A DNA stretch of 30,710 nt from a virus (taxonomy: Duplodnaviria; Caudoviricetes), in IMG/VR virus record IMGVR_UViG_3300023214_000180, positions 1-30,710 of that record; one strand, given 5' to 3'. Made by a program: the position numbers and the translations under genes. The notes beneath the pieces are model-generated. The model ran no database searches. It was not told the DNA's origin and saw nothing but the letters and a program-made list of their open reading frames with translations. This document shows positions 18,616 to 26,501 of the stretch, piece after piece (the first letter of the stretch is position 1; the number at the start of each line of letters is the position of its first letter).

Positions 18616-19608
18616 CTAGGTGACCTGCGCTTCGGTGTTGAGCAGCGCGTCGCAGCGCCGCACCGGGATCTCGTCGAACATCATGACGCGGCGGCCAGAG
18701 ACCGTCTCCCAGGTCAGGTTCGACGCGATCTTCTCCAGGATGCCGATGCGCAGCTTCTCGCGAATGGTCCGGTTGACATACCAGGCCGCGCGGCCCGCAG
18801 CGAAGCTCGGAATCCGCTCGCTCGCCTGGATCATCCAGTTGATGAGCTTCTTGGTGTTGGCGTCCGTGTCGAGGTCGCTCACGTCGATGTTGGGGACGCG
18901 TACGACATAGCGCCAGTCGCGGACGTGGACGCCGGCGCGCCACTTGTAGTGCGTCCGGTAGCCCTGCATCCGGCCGCCGCTGCCGTCGGCGTCCTCGATC
19001 GTCACCTCGCCCATGTCCGTCGAGGACAGGCCCGCCTGCGAGCCCTTGGGAAAGATTCCGTGGCAGGTATTGCGGCCCCACAGGACCAGCCAGATCGAGG
19101 TGTTGTCCGCGCCGGTCCCGCCGGCGTCGATGATGTTGTCGCCGTTCTCCGCCGACAGGTCGTTGAAGCGCGGGGCCAGGCCCGTGAACTCCTCCGGCGC
19201 GCTCGTTTCGTCGCCGTAGAACAACGTCTGCGCCATCTCCTCGGACATGCCGATCAAGTGCGCGCTGTCCTCGGAAAGACGGAACTCGGTTGTGTTTCCG
19301 TTCAGATCCGCCACGTCCTTGTCAACCTCGGCGTAGGCCTCGAGGTTGCCGACCGTGTCGGTGACCTGCTCGGTCGTGCTCTTGGTGGGCTGGACGCCAC
19401 CGTAGAGCTTGCGCCACGTCGGAGCGGGGTAGCCCGTCCGGATCGTGCCGCGGTGACCCGTCGGCAGGTTGCCCTCCATGAAGACCCAGTCATCGAGAAC
19501 CTCGTTGGTCTCGGCCAGGATCTCCGCGATCGCCGCGACGCCCCCGTCAGGATCAAGACGGTTCGCCCAGTCCAGCAGCGTCGGGTTATTCGTTGACAGC
19601 GTCGCCAT
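18616..19608 (-). CDS. Major capsid protein (BPP-1 Bbp17-like)
   Basis: 'EGNLPTGHRGTIRTGYPAPTWRKLYGGVQPTKS', 'FTGLAPRFN', 'VRDWRYVVRVPNID', 'IPVRRCDALLNTEA'. Confidence 0.93.
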   Translation of the reverse strand: MATLSTNNPTLLDWANRLDPDGGVAAIAEILAETNEVLDDWVFMEGNLPTGHRGTIRTGYPAPTWRKLYGGVQPTKSTTEQVTDTVGNLEAYAEVDKDVADLNGNTTEFRLSEDSAHLIGMSEEMAQTLFYGDETSAPEEFTGLAPRFNDLSAENGDNIIDAGGTGADNTSIWLVLWGRNTCHGIFPKGSQAGLSSTDMGEVTIEDADGSGGRMQGYRTHYKWRAGVHVRDWRYVVRVPNIDVSDLDTDANTKKLINWMIQASERIPSFAAGRAAWYVNRTIREKLRIGILEKIASNLTWETVSGRRVMMFDEIPVRRCDALLNTEAQVT

Positions 19609-20370
19609 TTAGGCCGCCCTCCCCCCATTCATCGTTGTGTAGATGCGTTCGGCCGGCGTCTTCTCGGCCTTCCGCGAACCCGTCGATGCCGGAGACGCCT
19701 GGTCGTCGCCGCCGTGAGCGGCCGCATACAGCTTCTCCAGAATCGTGAACTCGCCCGCCTTGCGCAGACGATCCACCAGCGACTTCGCGTCCTCCTCGGA
19801 CCCGTAGCTCGCCAGTCCCTTCGTGACCGCTTCGACGCGGCCCTTCACGTTCTCGCCCAGCTTCTTGAGCTCGGCGTCGATCTCCGCCGCCTCGGCCTCG
19901 GCCTCGGCTTTCTGCTGAGCGGTCAGCGCCTTGCCGAAGAAAGCGAGGTCCGACTTCACCTGCTCGTTGGAGCGTCCGGCCTCGTGGGCGAACTTCAGGT
20001 ATTCCTGCAGCGTCGGGTCGTCGGACTGGAGCTCGATTTCCTCCTCGCCGACCTTGATGCCGGTGAGGTCGTAACCCTCCGGCGATTCGGGGACCTCGCC
20101 CGTGGCCTCGTCCGCCTCGTCGGCGGCCCTGGCGCGCTCGACCAGCTTGGCGATGTCGGGCTCGCCGTCCTCGCCCTTGTAGGCGTCGGGAACCTCCGGG
20201 GGGGCGCCGTCGGCCGAGCCGCCCTGGCCTTCGGCCTCCTGGCCGGCGGCTTCCTCCGCCCCCGGAGAACCGGTCGCCTTCGTTTCGGCAGCCGCCTGCG
20301 CGCCCTCGTCGGAGCCCTGCGCTTCGCCGCCGTCTTCCGCGGCCTCGGCTGCTTCACCCAGCGTCGTCAT
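19609..20370 (-). CDS. Capsid scaffolding protein
   Basis: Acidic low-complexity N-terminus, 'VPESPEGYDL' motif, C-terminal 'PAERIY'; directly before the capsid gene. Confidence 0.8.
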   Translation of the reverse strand: MTTLGEAAEAAEDGGEAQGSDEGAQAAAETKATGSPGAEEAAGQEAEGQGGSADGAPPEVPDAYKGEDGEPDIAKLVERARAADEADEATGEVPESPEGYDLTGIKVGEEEIELQSDDPTLQEYLKFAHEAGRSNEQVKSDLAFFGKALTAQQKAEAEAEAAEIDAELKKLGENVKGRVEAVTKGLASYGSEEDAKSLVDRLRKAGEFTILEKLYAAAHGGDDQASPASTGSRKAEKTPAERIYTTMNGGRAA

Positions 20371-20620
20371 CCTCGTCACCTTCCAGCAGGTTCAGAATTC
20401 TTTGCGCGACCCTCTGTTCAGCCGCGAAATCTCTCAACGCACCGGGCTCGCTTCCGGCGGGCGGCGGTCGGTAAGCCATTGTCGCGGAAAGGAAATCGGC
20501 GAGCACCTCGCCGTCGCGCGTCTGGCCGATTCGCTTGCCGGCGGCTTTCACCTCCGTCGGCTCGGCGGCCTTGTTGCGCTCCCGGCTGCGGGCGATTTCC
20601 TTCCACGAGGGCTTAGGCAT
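20354..20620 (-). CDS. Small head assembly protein (Bbp19-like)
   Basis: 'TRDGEVLADFL...ALRDFAAEQRVAQRILNL', between portal and scaffold. Confidence 0.65.
   Translation of the reverse strand: MPKPSWKEIARSRERNKAAEPTEVKAAGKRIGQTRDGEVLADFLSATMAYRPPPAGSEPGALRDFAAEQRVAQRILNLLEGDEDDDAG
20402..20443 (-). promoter_or_regulatory. Putative late promoter (copy 4) for scaffold/capsid, inside the upstream CDS
   Basis: GGTGCGTTGAG at 20443-20433; T at -7; predicted +1 (A) 32 nt before the scaffold ATG. Confidence 0.6.
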
Positions 20621-22157
20621 CTATGTTCGCGCTCGCCTGTGACTTGTCCGCGGCCTCGAGAAGCCGGACCTGCTTCTGGAGGATCTCCTCGTCGCTCAGG
20701 ACTTCGACCAGGTCGTCGTCGAGCTTCGACTTGATGTTCTTGAGCAGGGCGGGCGCATCAATCGCCTGCGCGGCGTCCGGCAGGCGGGACAGAACGATGT
20801 CGAGCACCTGCTGGGCCGCCTGCACCTCGTCGATGTCTGCGGCCCGCGACAGCGGCGACACCGGCTCGATCGACACCACGCGGCCGTCCAGATTAAGGTC
20901 CTCGATCTCGCCGCGCTTGGCCATGATCCACTCGAAGCGGTGGATGAGCGGCATCACCCATTCGCGATGAATCCGCGCCCGCGGGAACACCATCCGGCGC
21001 GAGTTCATGGCCTTCATGTCGAGCCACTGGCCGAGAGTCGGCGGCGTATCCCCCTTCTGGATGGGCGCGTCCTGGTAGAGCGCGGTCTTCACCGCCATCT
21101 GCAGCTCGTCCTTCTTGAAGAAGGCCTCGCGCATGTCGTTCTCGGGCGGCAGGAGCTCCACCCTCGACCCCGGCAGGCGGGCGTAGTATTTGCCCGCGTC
21201 CATGCCCTGGTCGGGATTGAACACGCCGTCATCGTCGAACACGCCGGGCGGATCGACCACCTTTCCGAGCCGTTTCAGCTCGAGGTAGGCGAGCTGGTCG
21301 AGGGTGCGCGCCGGCGCCATTGCCTTGTGGCCCGGCCCGAGCCCGTAGGCGGACGGCGAGGAAATCTTCGTGCGCGCCGCGACGATCCGGCACGAGCCGC
21401 GGCCCCGGACCGTCCGCGTGCGGCGGATCTTCTTCTGCGCCATGACGAACTCGCGCCATGTCTCCTCGGCCTCGCCGTAAACGGGCTCGCAGCCGGTGAT
21501 GACGGGAATCCGGTTCTTGCGCTTGCGCCGCTCCTCCTCGGTCGGGGCGATGTCCGACCAGTCGATGCCGGGCCACAGCGTATCGAGGTGCCGGACCGCC
21601 ACCATCCGCTCCCGCGCCCGCAGCCCGACGCCGCCGAACGGCCCCGGCTCGATCAGCAGCTCGCTGATCGGGATGTGTTCGCAGTGGATCGGCTCGCCGA
21701 ACGGGCGGAACTGGATTTCGATGGCCGCCGGCGCGTAGGTCATGTCGAGGTAGGCCCCCTGCGCGGCCTCCTCGAAGTTCGATTCGCGGATGCGGTCGTA
21801 GAGCCCCGTCATCCGCCGGTCGATGAACTCGTTGACCCGGTCCTGCTCCGATGTCCGGAACTCGCCCGACGCCTTGTGCGTCGTCCACGGGCGGTATCCG
21901 GGCGTGAACTCGTCCATCAGGTCGGAGGCCAGGTCGTCGGCGGCCTCCTGCAGCGTGTTGTCGAATATCTCGTCCTGTTCCTCGGGCGGACGCGGCTCCT
22001 CGTTCGAGTGCGACCCGCGGTCCACGCGCCGCATCCACGGCGCCGCCAGGTCGATGAACTGGTTATAGACCGGCGCGAACCGCGAGCGGTCCTCGCGCGC
22101 TTCCTCGATGCGCTGTTTCAGCCGGCGATCGGCTTCGGTCTCGGGTCCGGGCGCCAT
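20613..22157 (-). CDS. Portal protein (head-tail connector)
   Basis: 514 aa; 'IFDNT...LASDL', 'SNFEEAA', 'AYGLGPG', 'PVSPLSRA' podophage portal motifs. Confidence 0.9.
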   Translation of the reverse strand: MAPGPETEADRRLKQRIEEAREDRSRFAPVYNQFIDLAAPWMRRVDRGSHSNEEPRPPEEQDEIFDNTLQEAADDLASDLMDEFTPGYRPWTTHKASGEFRTSEQDRVNEFIDRRMTGLYDRIRESNFEEAAQGAYLDMTYAPAAIEIQFRPFGEPIHCEHIPISELLIEPGPFGGVGLRARERMVAVRHLDTLWPGIDWSDIAPTEEERRKRKNRIPVITGCEPVYGEAEETWREFVMAQKKIRRTRTVRGRGSCRIVAARTKISSPSAYGLGPGHKAMAPARTLDQLAYLELKRLGKVVDPPGVFDDDGVFNPDQGMDAGKYYARLPGSRVELLPPENDMREAFFKKDELQMAVKTALYQDAPIQKGDTPPTLGQWLDMKAMNSRRMVFPRARIHREWVMPLIHRFEWIMAKRGEIEDLNLDGRVVSIEPVSPLSRAADIDEVQAAQQVLDIVLSRLPDAAQAIDAPALLKNIKSKLDDDLVEVLSDEEILQKQVRLLEAADKSQASANIDA

Positions 22158-22160
22158 GCG

Positions 22161-22475
22161 TTACCGGAACGACACGCCGGGACCGGGGCTGGTGAACCCG
22201 CCGCCGCCCGAACCCGACGAGCCCGAGCCGCTGGAGCCGGACGAGCCGCCGCCGAACGCGCCGCCGAACAGGCCGGACAGGCCGCCGAACCCAAAGCTCG
22301 GCTGACCCGCCGCCCTCGCCCGCGCCCCGAAGCGGCGCAGGAGTTCGCGCGTCTGCGCCGACAGGTCGTCCTGCAGTTCGTCAGTGCGCCGGGCTTCCGC
22401 CTGCGCCTCGGCCCGCTCGCGCTTGGCCTTCGTCTCCGGGTCTTCCTCTGGAGCTTTCGCCTTGAAACTCATCAT
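22161..22475 (-). CDS. Small Gly/Ser-rich protein preceding the portal
   Basis: MMSFKAKAPEEDP... charged helix then Gly/Ser tail; start at 22475 or 22472; typical pre-portal position. Confidence 0.65.
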   Translation of the reverse strand: MMSFKAKAPEEDPETKAKRERAEAQAEARRTDELQDDLSAQTRELLRRFGARARAAGQPSFGFGGLSGLFGGAFGGGSSGSSGSGSSGSGGGGFTSPGPGVSFR

Positions 22476-22875
22476 CGTCCTCGAAAACGCTGGTTCCGCC
22501 CTGCGCGACGAGGTCGCGGAAAAGCGCCTTCGGCCGCAACGCACCGCTATCGAGCCCCAGCAGCAGTTTGACCGCGGAAACGCACGTCACCCCCAGCCGT
22601 GTGCGGATCGCGCGGCTCTGCCCGGCCTCGAATCTCAGCACCGCTGTGATCCGGTCCTCGCGCTCGGCCATCCAGGCGATGATGCCTTTGGCTGAGAGGG
22701 CGCAGGCGAACATGCGGCTTTCGGACGGGTCGATGACCAGCCAGACGTCCTGCTCGGCCGAGTATCCGAACGCGCAGACGTGCCGCCACCCCGGCTCGGT
22801 CAGCCAGTCCCACCAGCTCTCGCGTTTCGGCCGGGCCATGAACGCCACGTTCCAGACGAATACGTGCGGGTTCAC
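22381..22875 (-). CDS. Hypothetical protein, possible permuted papain-like (NlpC/P60) fold
   Basis: GTG overlapping the terminase TGA; 'RHVCAFGY...WLVIDP...TCVSAVKLLLG...PKALFRDL' places His before Cys. Confidence 0.55.
   Translation of the reverse strand: MNPHVFVWNVAFMARPKRESWWDWLTEPGWRHVCAFGYSAEQDVWLVIDPSESRMFACALSAKGIIAWMAEREDRITAVLRFEAGQSRAIRTRLGVTCVSAVKLLLGLDSGALRPKALFRDLVAQGGTSVFEDDDEFQGESSRGRPGDEGQARAGRGAGGSPAH
22504..22545 (-). promoter_or_regulatory. Putative late promoter (copy 5) for the pre-portal/portal block
   Basis: GGTGCGTTGC at 22545-22536; T at -7; predicted +1 about 30 nt before the ATG at 22475. Confidence 0.5.
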
Positions 22876-24458
22876 CGGGCGAACACGTTCGATCGCTTCG
22901 CCCCCTTGATCTTCCGCGTCCACGGCGAGACGCGCCCGTAGGCGTCGATAGGGCCGGACCGCTTCATGGAGGACCCCGAGCGCACGATGTCGCGGGCTTC
23001 TCCCTCGCCCCACCAGGCGTATTCGGCCGCCTCCATGACGTGCGAGTGCTCGTCCTTGATGATCTGCGTGGTCACCTGCAGGCCGTTCCCGGCCTTGACC
23101 TCCTTCATCCGGCAGCCGCCGTCGAGGGCCGCGATCAGCCGCGGGCAGCGGACGGGATCGATCAGCAGCCGCGGGCCGCGGGAATCGCCTTCCTTAACCA
23201 CCCGGCGCCCGGCCTGCAGGCGAAGGTCGGGCCGGTCCTTCTGCGCGGGGGGGCGCATCTCAAGCCCGTTGTTGTTGTAGATCGCGAACGTGGTGTTCGA
23301 GGCCAGCGCGGAGTTCCCGAGCCGCCATTCGCCCTGCGGGTCGCCCCACCCGCGGTGCCCGGCCTGCCGCCAGAACGGGAAATGCCGGTTCAGGTAATCG
23401 ACCACCTCCGGCACGAACTCGTCCGGCCCGGCGTTGTCCGCCACCAGCTCCCCGATGGCGAACCAGCGCTGCTGGACGTGCTGGAAGATCACCACCGCCG
23501 GCGTCAGCCCGTGGTCGGCCCCGATGACCAGCGGCGCCTCCTCCACGGCCTGCAGAGGCTCTTTCGACACGTTCCAGTCGCGCCGGAACGAGGGGTATCG
23601 CGGCCGCCCGCCGGAGAGGGGGCGCACGATATTCCGGAAATCCCGGTCGATCTCGTCGCGCGTCTTGCCCGCCAGCTGCGACAGGTAGGGGGCCTCGCCC
23701 ATGTTCTCGAGGTTCTCGGCCTCAGGGTTGACCTCGTAGGGCGGGTCCAGGAGGCCGCCGTTCTCATCGAGATGCTCGAGCACCGCCGGGGGCTGCTGGT
23801 AGAACCTCCAGTTCGGGGGCCGCCGGTAGGCCATCGCCTCGTGCTCGGGCATGTCCCTGGGAATCGGGGTATCGCCCCGCATGTAGAGAATCCAGTGGTC
23901 ATAGACGTGCGGGGCGTTGTGATCGAGCCAGACCCGCTTCTTCCGGTCGAAGTCGGGGCAGTCCTTCTTGGCCGGATACCGCCCCGTAACGTCAACGATT
24001 TCCGTGAACAGCTGCAGCGGGCAATACTGCCCCTCGTTCACCCACGCCCCGGTCCATTCCGTCGAACGCAGCTTGCGGAGCGTCTCCGGCGAGGCGTCCG
24101 CGAACGACCGGAACACCACCTCCGCCTCCACGTCGAGAAACCTCATCTCCTGGATAATCGGCTCGCGCCCCTCGACAGGGCCGTAGAGATCCTCCCGGAA
24201 CCAGTCCTTCCACGTCTTCAGCGTCCCGGTCTCGAGTTCGCCATAGGTCGGACGAACCACCAGCCACCGGGAACGCCGCACGCCGTCCCTGCACCGCGGA
24301 ACCCGGCACGCCGCCGCATAAACCGCCGACGCCGTCCCAACCGTCTTGCCGCTCTCCCGCGGCCCCTCGATCACCTGAACGTCATACCGACCCAGGACGC
24401 TGTCCCGGACAAACTCCCGCAGCGTCGGGGACCCGCGAAAGTGAATCCGGTCACCCAT
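22872..24458 (-). CDS. terL: Terminase large subunit
   Basis: Walker A GPRESGKT, Walker B 'WTGAWVNEG', nuclease 'LVIGADHG', 'GDP', C-terminal 'KDEHSHVMEAAEY'. Confidence 0.92.
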   Translation of the reverse strand: MGDRIHFRGSPTLREFVRDSVLGRYDVQVIEGPRESGKTVGTASAVYAAACRVPRCRDGVRRSRWLVVRPTYGELETGTLKTWKDWFREDLYGPVEGREPIIQEMRFLDVEAEVVFRSFADASPETLRKLRSTEWTGAWVNEGQYCPLQLFTEIVDVTGRYPAKKDCPDFDRKKRVWLDHNAPHVYDHWILYMRGDTPIPRDMPEHEAMAYRRPPNWRFYQQPPAVLEHLDENGGLLDPPYEVNPEAENLENMGEAPYLSQLAGKTRDEIDRDFRNIVRPLSGGRPRYPSFRRDWNVSKEPLQAVEEAPLVIGADHGLTPAVVIFQHVQQRWFAIGELVADNAGPDEFVPEVVDYLNRHFPFWRQAGHRGWGDPQGEWRLGNSALASNTTFAIYNNNGLEMRPPAQKDRPDLRLQAGRRVVKEGDSRGPRLLIDPVRCPRLIAALDGGCRMKEVKAGNGLQVTTQIIKDEHSHVMEAAEYAWWGEGEARDIVRSGSSMKRSGPIDAYGRVSPWTRKIKGAKRSNVFAR

Positions 24459-24729
24459 CAGTCAAAAGGCCGCCCTCATCATCACTCAAACCCAGCAGCT
24501 CCAAATCTGGAAAGTCGTTGTCCAGCTCCTCTATCCGACTTTCCAGGTCCCGCACCTTCCGCGTCAGCTCCTTCACATGCTCAGCCATCGACGGAAGGCT
24601 CAAACCGCCAAGGTCAGCACGAACACCGGCAACCGCATCCTCAAGACCCGAAATCCGCGAATCCATGCTCGCCTCCCGCGTCAGCCCGCCAATACGGCCC
24701 GAGACCCGAAAATCATCACTCGACGACAT
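24451..24729 (-). CDS. Small coiled-coil hypothetical protein
   Basis: GGAGG SD at 24740-24736; 92 aa; heptads 'VKELTRKVRDLESRIEEL'; overlaps the terL start by 8 nt. Confidence 0.65.
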   Translation of the reverse strand: MSSSDDFRVSGRIGGLTREASMDSRISGLEDAVAGVRADLGGLSLPSMAEHVKELTRKVRDLESRIEELDNDFPDLELLGLSDDEGGLLTDG

Positions 24730-24750
24730 ATCAATCCTCCAATCGCGCCC

Positions 24751-24792
24751 CAGACCAAAACCTAACCCTCCTCAAACCAGCAGAAACGCACC
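24751..24792 (-). promoter_or_regulatory. Putative late promoter (copy 6, TTT variant) for the terL block
   Basis: GGTGCGTTTC at 24792-24783; T at -7; predicted +1 22 nt before the ATG at 24729. Confidence 0.5.
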
Positions 24793-25268
24793 AAGGGCCT
24801 CAAAAAAAATTGGGGAGGGGATATCTATACGGCGAGGGACGCGCGCAATTTTTCGCCCCGGTCGCGATTTCCGCCGGTCTGAGGCGATTCCGCGCCCGTC
24901 TCACCGCCAGAAAGTGAGACGCGCCGAGGCCTTCTCATTGGCCTGATGGCGATCCGTGCCGGGCCGCAAAGGATAGCCGATCCTTGGAGCCTTGTGAGTG
25001 AGAGCTCACAGGCGCGTGCGGCGCTGCGTGTGCGGCGTAGAAAGATGTCCCTCGCCCACCGCCTTGGCCCACCGCCTTGGCCGCCTGCGCTTCGCCCTTT
25101 GCCGAGGCTGGGCTGGCTGGGCTGCGCCTGGCCCTGCTGGCCGCCTGCCCTGCGCGTAGGGTGGAGGAGGAGGGAGGGGGTTGAGGTATGAGTGGTTTGT
25201 TGTGTGAGGGGGTTGGCTTCGGCCTTAGCTCGATGAGAGTACCTTGCTTCGGCCGCAGAGGCTTGCTG
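24793..25268. other. Non-coding region between terS and terL; candidate packaging initiation site or genome end
   Basis: A8 tract, purine/pyrimidine runs, 10-bp inverted repeat, hairpin cluster, 13-bp tandem repeat and a strand-skew reversal. Confidence 0.5.
25054..25079 (+). repeat. 13-bp tandem repeat, two copies
   Basis: GCCCACCGCCTTG at 25054-25066 and 25067-25079. Confidence 0.85.
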
Positions 25269-25763
25269 TTAAGCAACATCCTCCCCTTCCGTGAGGTCCA
25301 CGACGACGAGCTTGCTCGCGTCGCCCGACGAGCCGCGCTCATCTTCCGCGCGTAGCTGTCTAATGGCTTGCTGAAGAACAGAGACAGGGAAGCGCGTGTT
25401 GCCGCTTTCCAGAGCGTCCCTGAGTAGGCTGCTGTAATAGGCTTCGGTCCGGGCCTTCGCGCGCTGGACGGTCTCGGCTAGTTCAGGATAGCGCGTCTTC
25501 CAATTAGCCCAGCCCTCCGACGACAGGCCGAGGCGCGCGATCCACTCAGCTTCCGTCATGCCTTCGTCAGCCATGGCCAGGACGCGCTCATTCACGTCGG
25601 CGCTATAGGTCTCGACGGCTGCGGGCGCCTCGCCGTCATCGCGCAGCTTCGAGGGCTCGACCGAGGCGAGCAGACGCTTCAGGCGCGATAGCTCGGCAGT
25701 GGCGTCCTGTAGCTGCTGCCTGAGCTGCTCGTTCTCGGCTTTCGTCGCATAGCGTCCCGCCAT
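25269..25763 (-). CDS. Terminase small subunit-like HTH protein
   Basis: 164 aa from ATG 25763; 'YSADVNERVLAMADEGMTEAEWIARLGLS...WKTRYPELAETVQRAK' fits the TerS HTH pattern; upstream of terL. Confidence 0.65.
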   Translation of the reverse strand: MAGRYATKAENEQLRQQLQDATAELSRLKRLLASVEPSKLRDDGEAPAAVETYSADVNERVLAMADEGMTEAEWIARLGLSSEGWANWKTRYPELAETVQRAKARTEAYYSSLLRDALESGNTRFPVSVLQQAIRQLRAEDERGSSGDASKLVVVDLTEGEDVA

Positions 25764-25764
25764 C

Positions 25765-26052
25765 TCATCCCTTTCCTCGACTGGAGAGGCCGGCGTCACA
25801 CAAGCGCTCCACCTGACCGACGACCGTTTCGCCCAAGCCGCGAGCATCCGCGAGCTGCTGAGCTGTCCGCCAATCCCGCGCTATCACCTGACCGGCGTAG
25901 CGCCCGCCAGCGACCTGGAATTCAGTCGCAAAGAGCAGGCCCGAGTAGATCAGCTCGGCCGTCAGCCATCCGGGTGCGAAAGCGGCGACATCAAAAGGGC
26001 GCCCGTTGGCTATCGGCGCATCAGGATCGACCCGGATCGGCTTGCTCGACAT
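25765..26052 (-). CDS. Hypothetical protein (95 aa), probably leaderless
   Basis: MSSKPIRVDPD... The ATG lies 35 nt from motif copy 7, and the stop is 1 nt before the terS ATG. Confidence 0.6.
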   Translation of the reverse strand: MSSKPIRVDPDAPIANGRPFDVAAFAPGWLTAELIYSGLLFATEFQVAGGRYAGQVIARDWRTAQQLADARGLGETVVGQVERLCDAGLSSRGKG

Positions 26053-26093
26053 GCGATCAGACCACCAGAGGCGCGGCGGCGACGAAACGCACT
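26052..26093 (-). promoter_or_regulatory. Putative late promoter (copy 7), leaderless start
   Basis: AGTGCGTTTC at 26093-26084; ATG at 26052 exactly 35 nt downstream; T at -7; GC at -2/-1 as in copies 1-3. Confidence 0.6.
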
Positions 26094-26182
26094 CTAATGC
26101 TTCGATCACTATCATTGTGACGCTTGCGCGGCGTAACCCGGCCTGCGCCGCGCCCGCTTGTGATTTTTTTTCACAACGGCGC

Positions 26183-26211
26183 TTAACACCTCGCTCCGCA
26201 GCGGATATAAC
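26183..26211 (+). promoter_or_regulatory. Sigma70-type promoter with a palindrome in the spacer
   Basis: TTAACA-17 nt-TATAAC; upstream T tract; TCCGC-A-GCGGA palindrome at 26195-26205; AAAGGA SD before the ATG at 26243. Confidence 0.7.
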
Positions 26212-26242
26212 AAGCTTGTCGAAAGCGAAGAAAGGATCACCA

Positions 26243-26476
26243 ATGACTGTTGAAATCAAAAACCGCTGGACCGATGAAGTCCTGTTCGAGTGCGAGGCGC
26301 CGGACAGCCTGAGCGGACCCCCAAGGCTCGGATACGCCGCAATCGAGGCGGTTAAGGCCCACGCCAACCTGACCGGCGCCGACTTGAAGCGCGCCGACCT
26401 GACCGGCGCTTTCATACACTTCCCCGATCAGATCAACGCCGAATTGAGCGGACCCGCCTCGAAGGGGCGCGAATAG
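26243..26476 (+). CDS. Short/truncated pentapeptide-repeat protein
   Basis: MTVEIKNRWTDEVLFE N-domain followed by only ANLTG-ADLKR-ADLTG repeats; good SD. Confidence 0.65.
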   Translation: MTVEIKNRWTDEVLFECEAPDSLSGPPRLGYAAIEAVKAHANLTGADLKRADLTGAFIHFPDQINAELSGPASKGRE

Positions 26477-26501
26477 ATTCAATGGATCTGGAGGATCGAC
26501 G

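Noticed and set aside
18596-18640. Capsid frameshift or read-through extension (T7 10B-like)
   Set aside because: No slippery heptamer before the TAG, and the cement gene is not in frame with the capsid gene.
22545-22586. Eighth GTGCGTTT match (first T at 22580)
   Set aside because: Lacks the -7 T and the upstream G and lies 41 nt from copy 5; probably chance, but reported so that the 7-of-8 count is transparent.
24935-25342. 135-aa - strand ORF and 81-aa + strand ORF in the terS-terL gap
   Set aside because: Low-complexity products that reflect local skew; no convincing SD or coupling.
26183-26197. CtrA box at TTAAC
   Set aside because: Only a half site; no TTAA-N7-TTAA; better explained as the -35 element.
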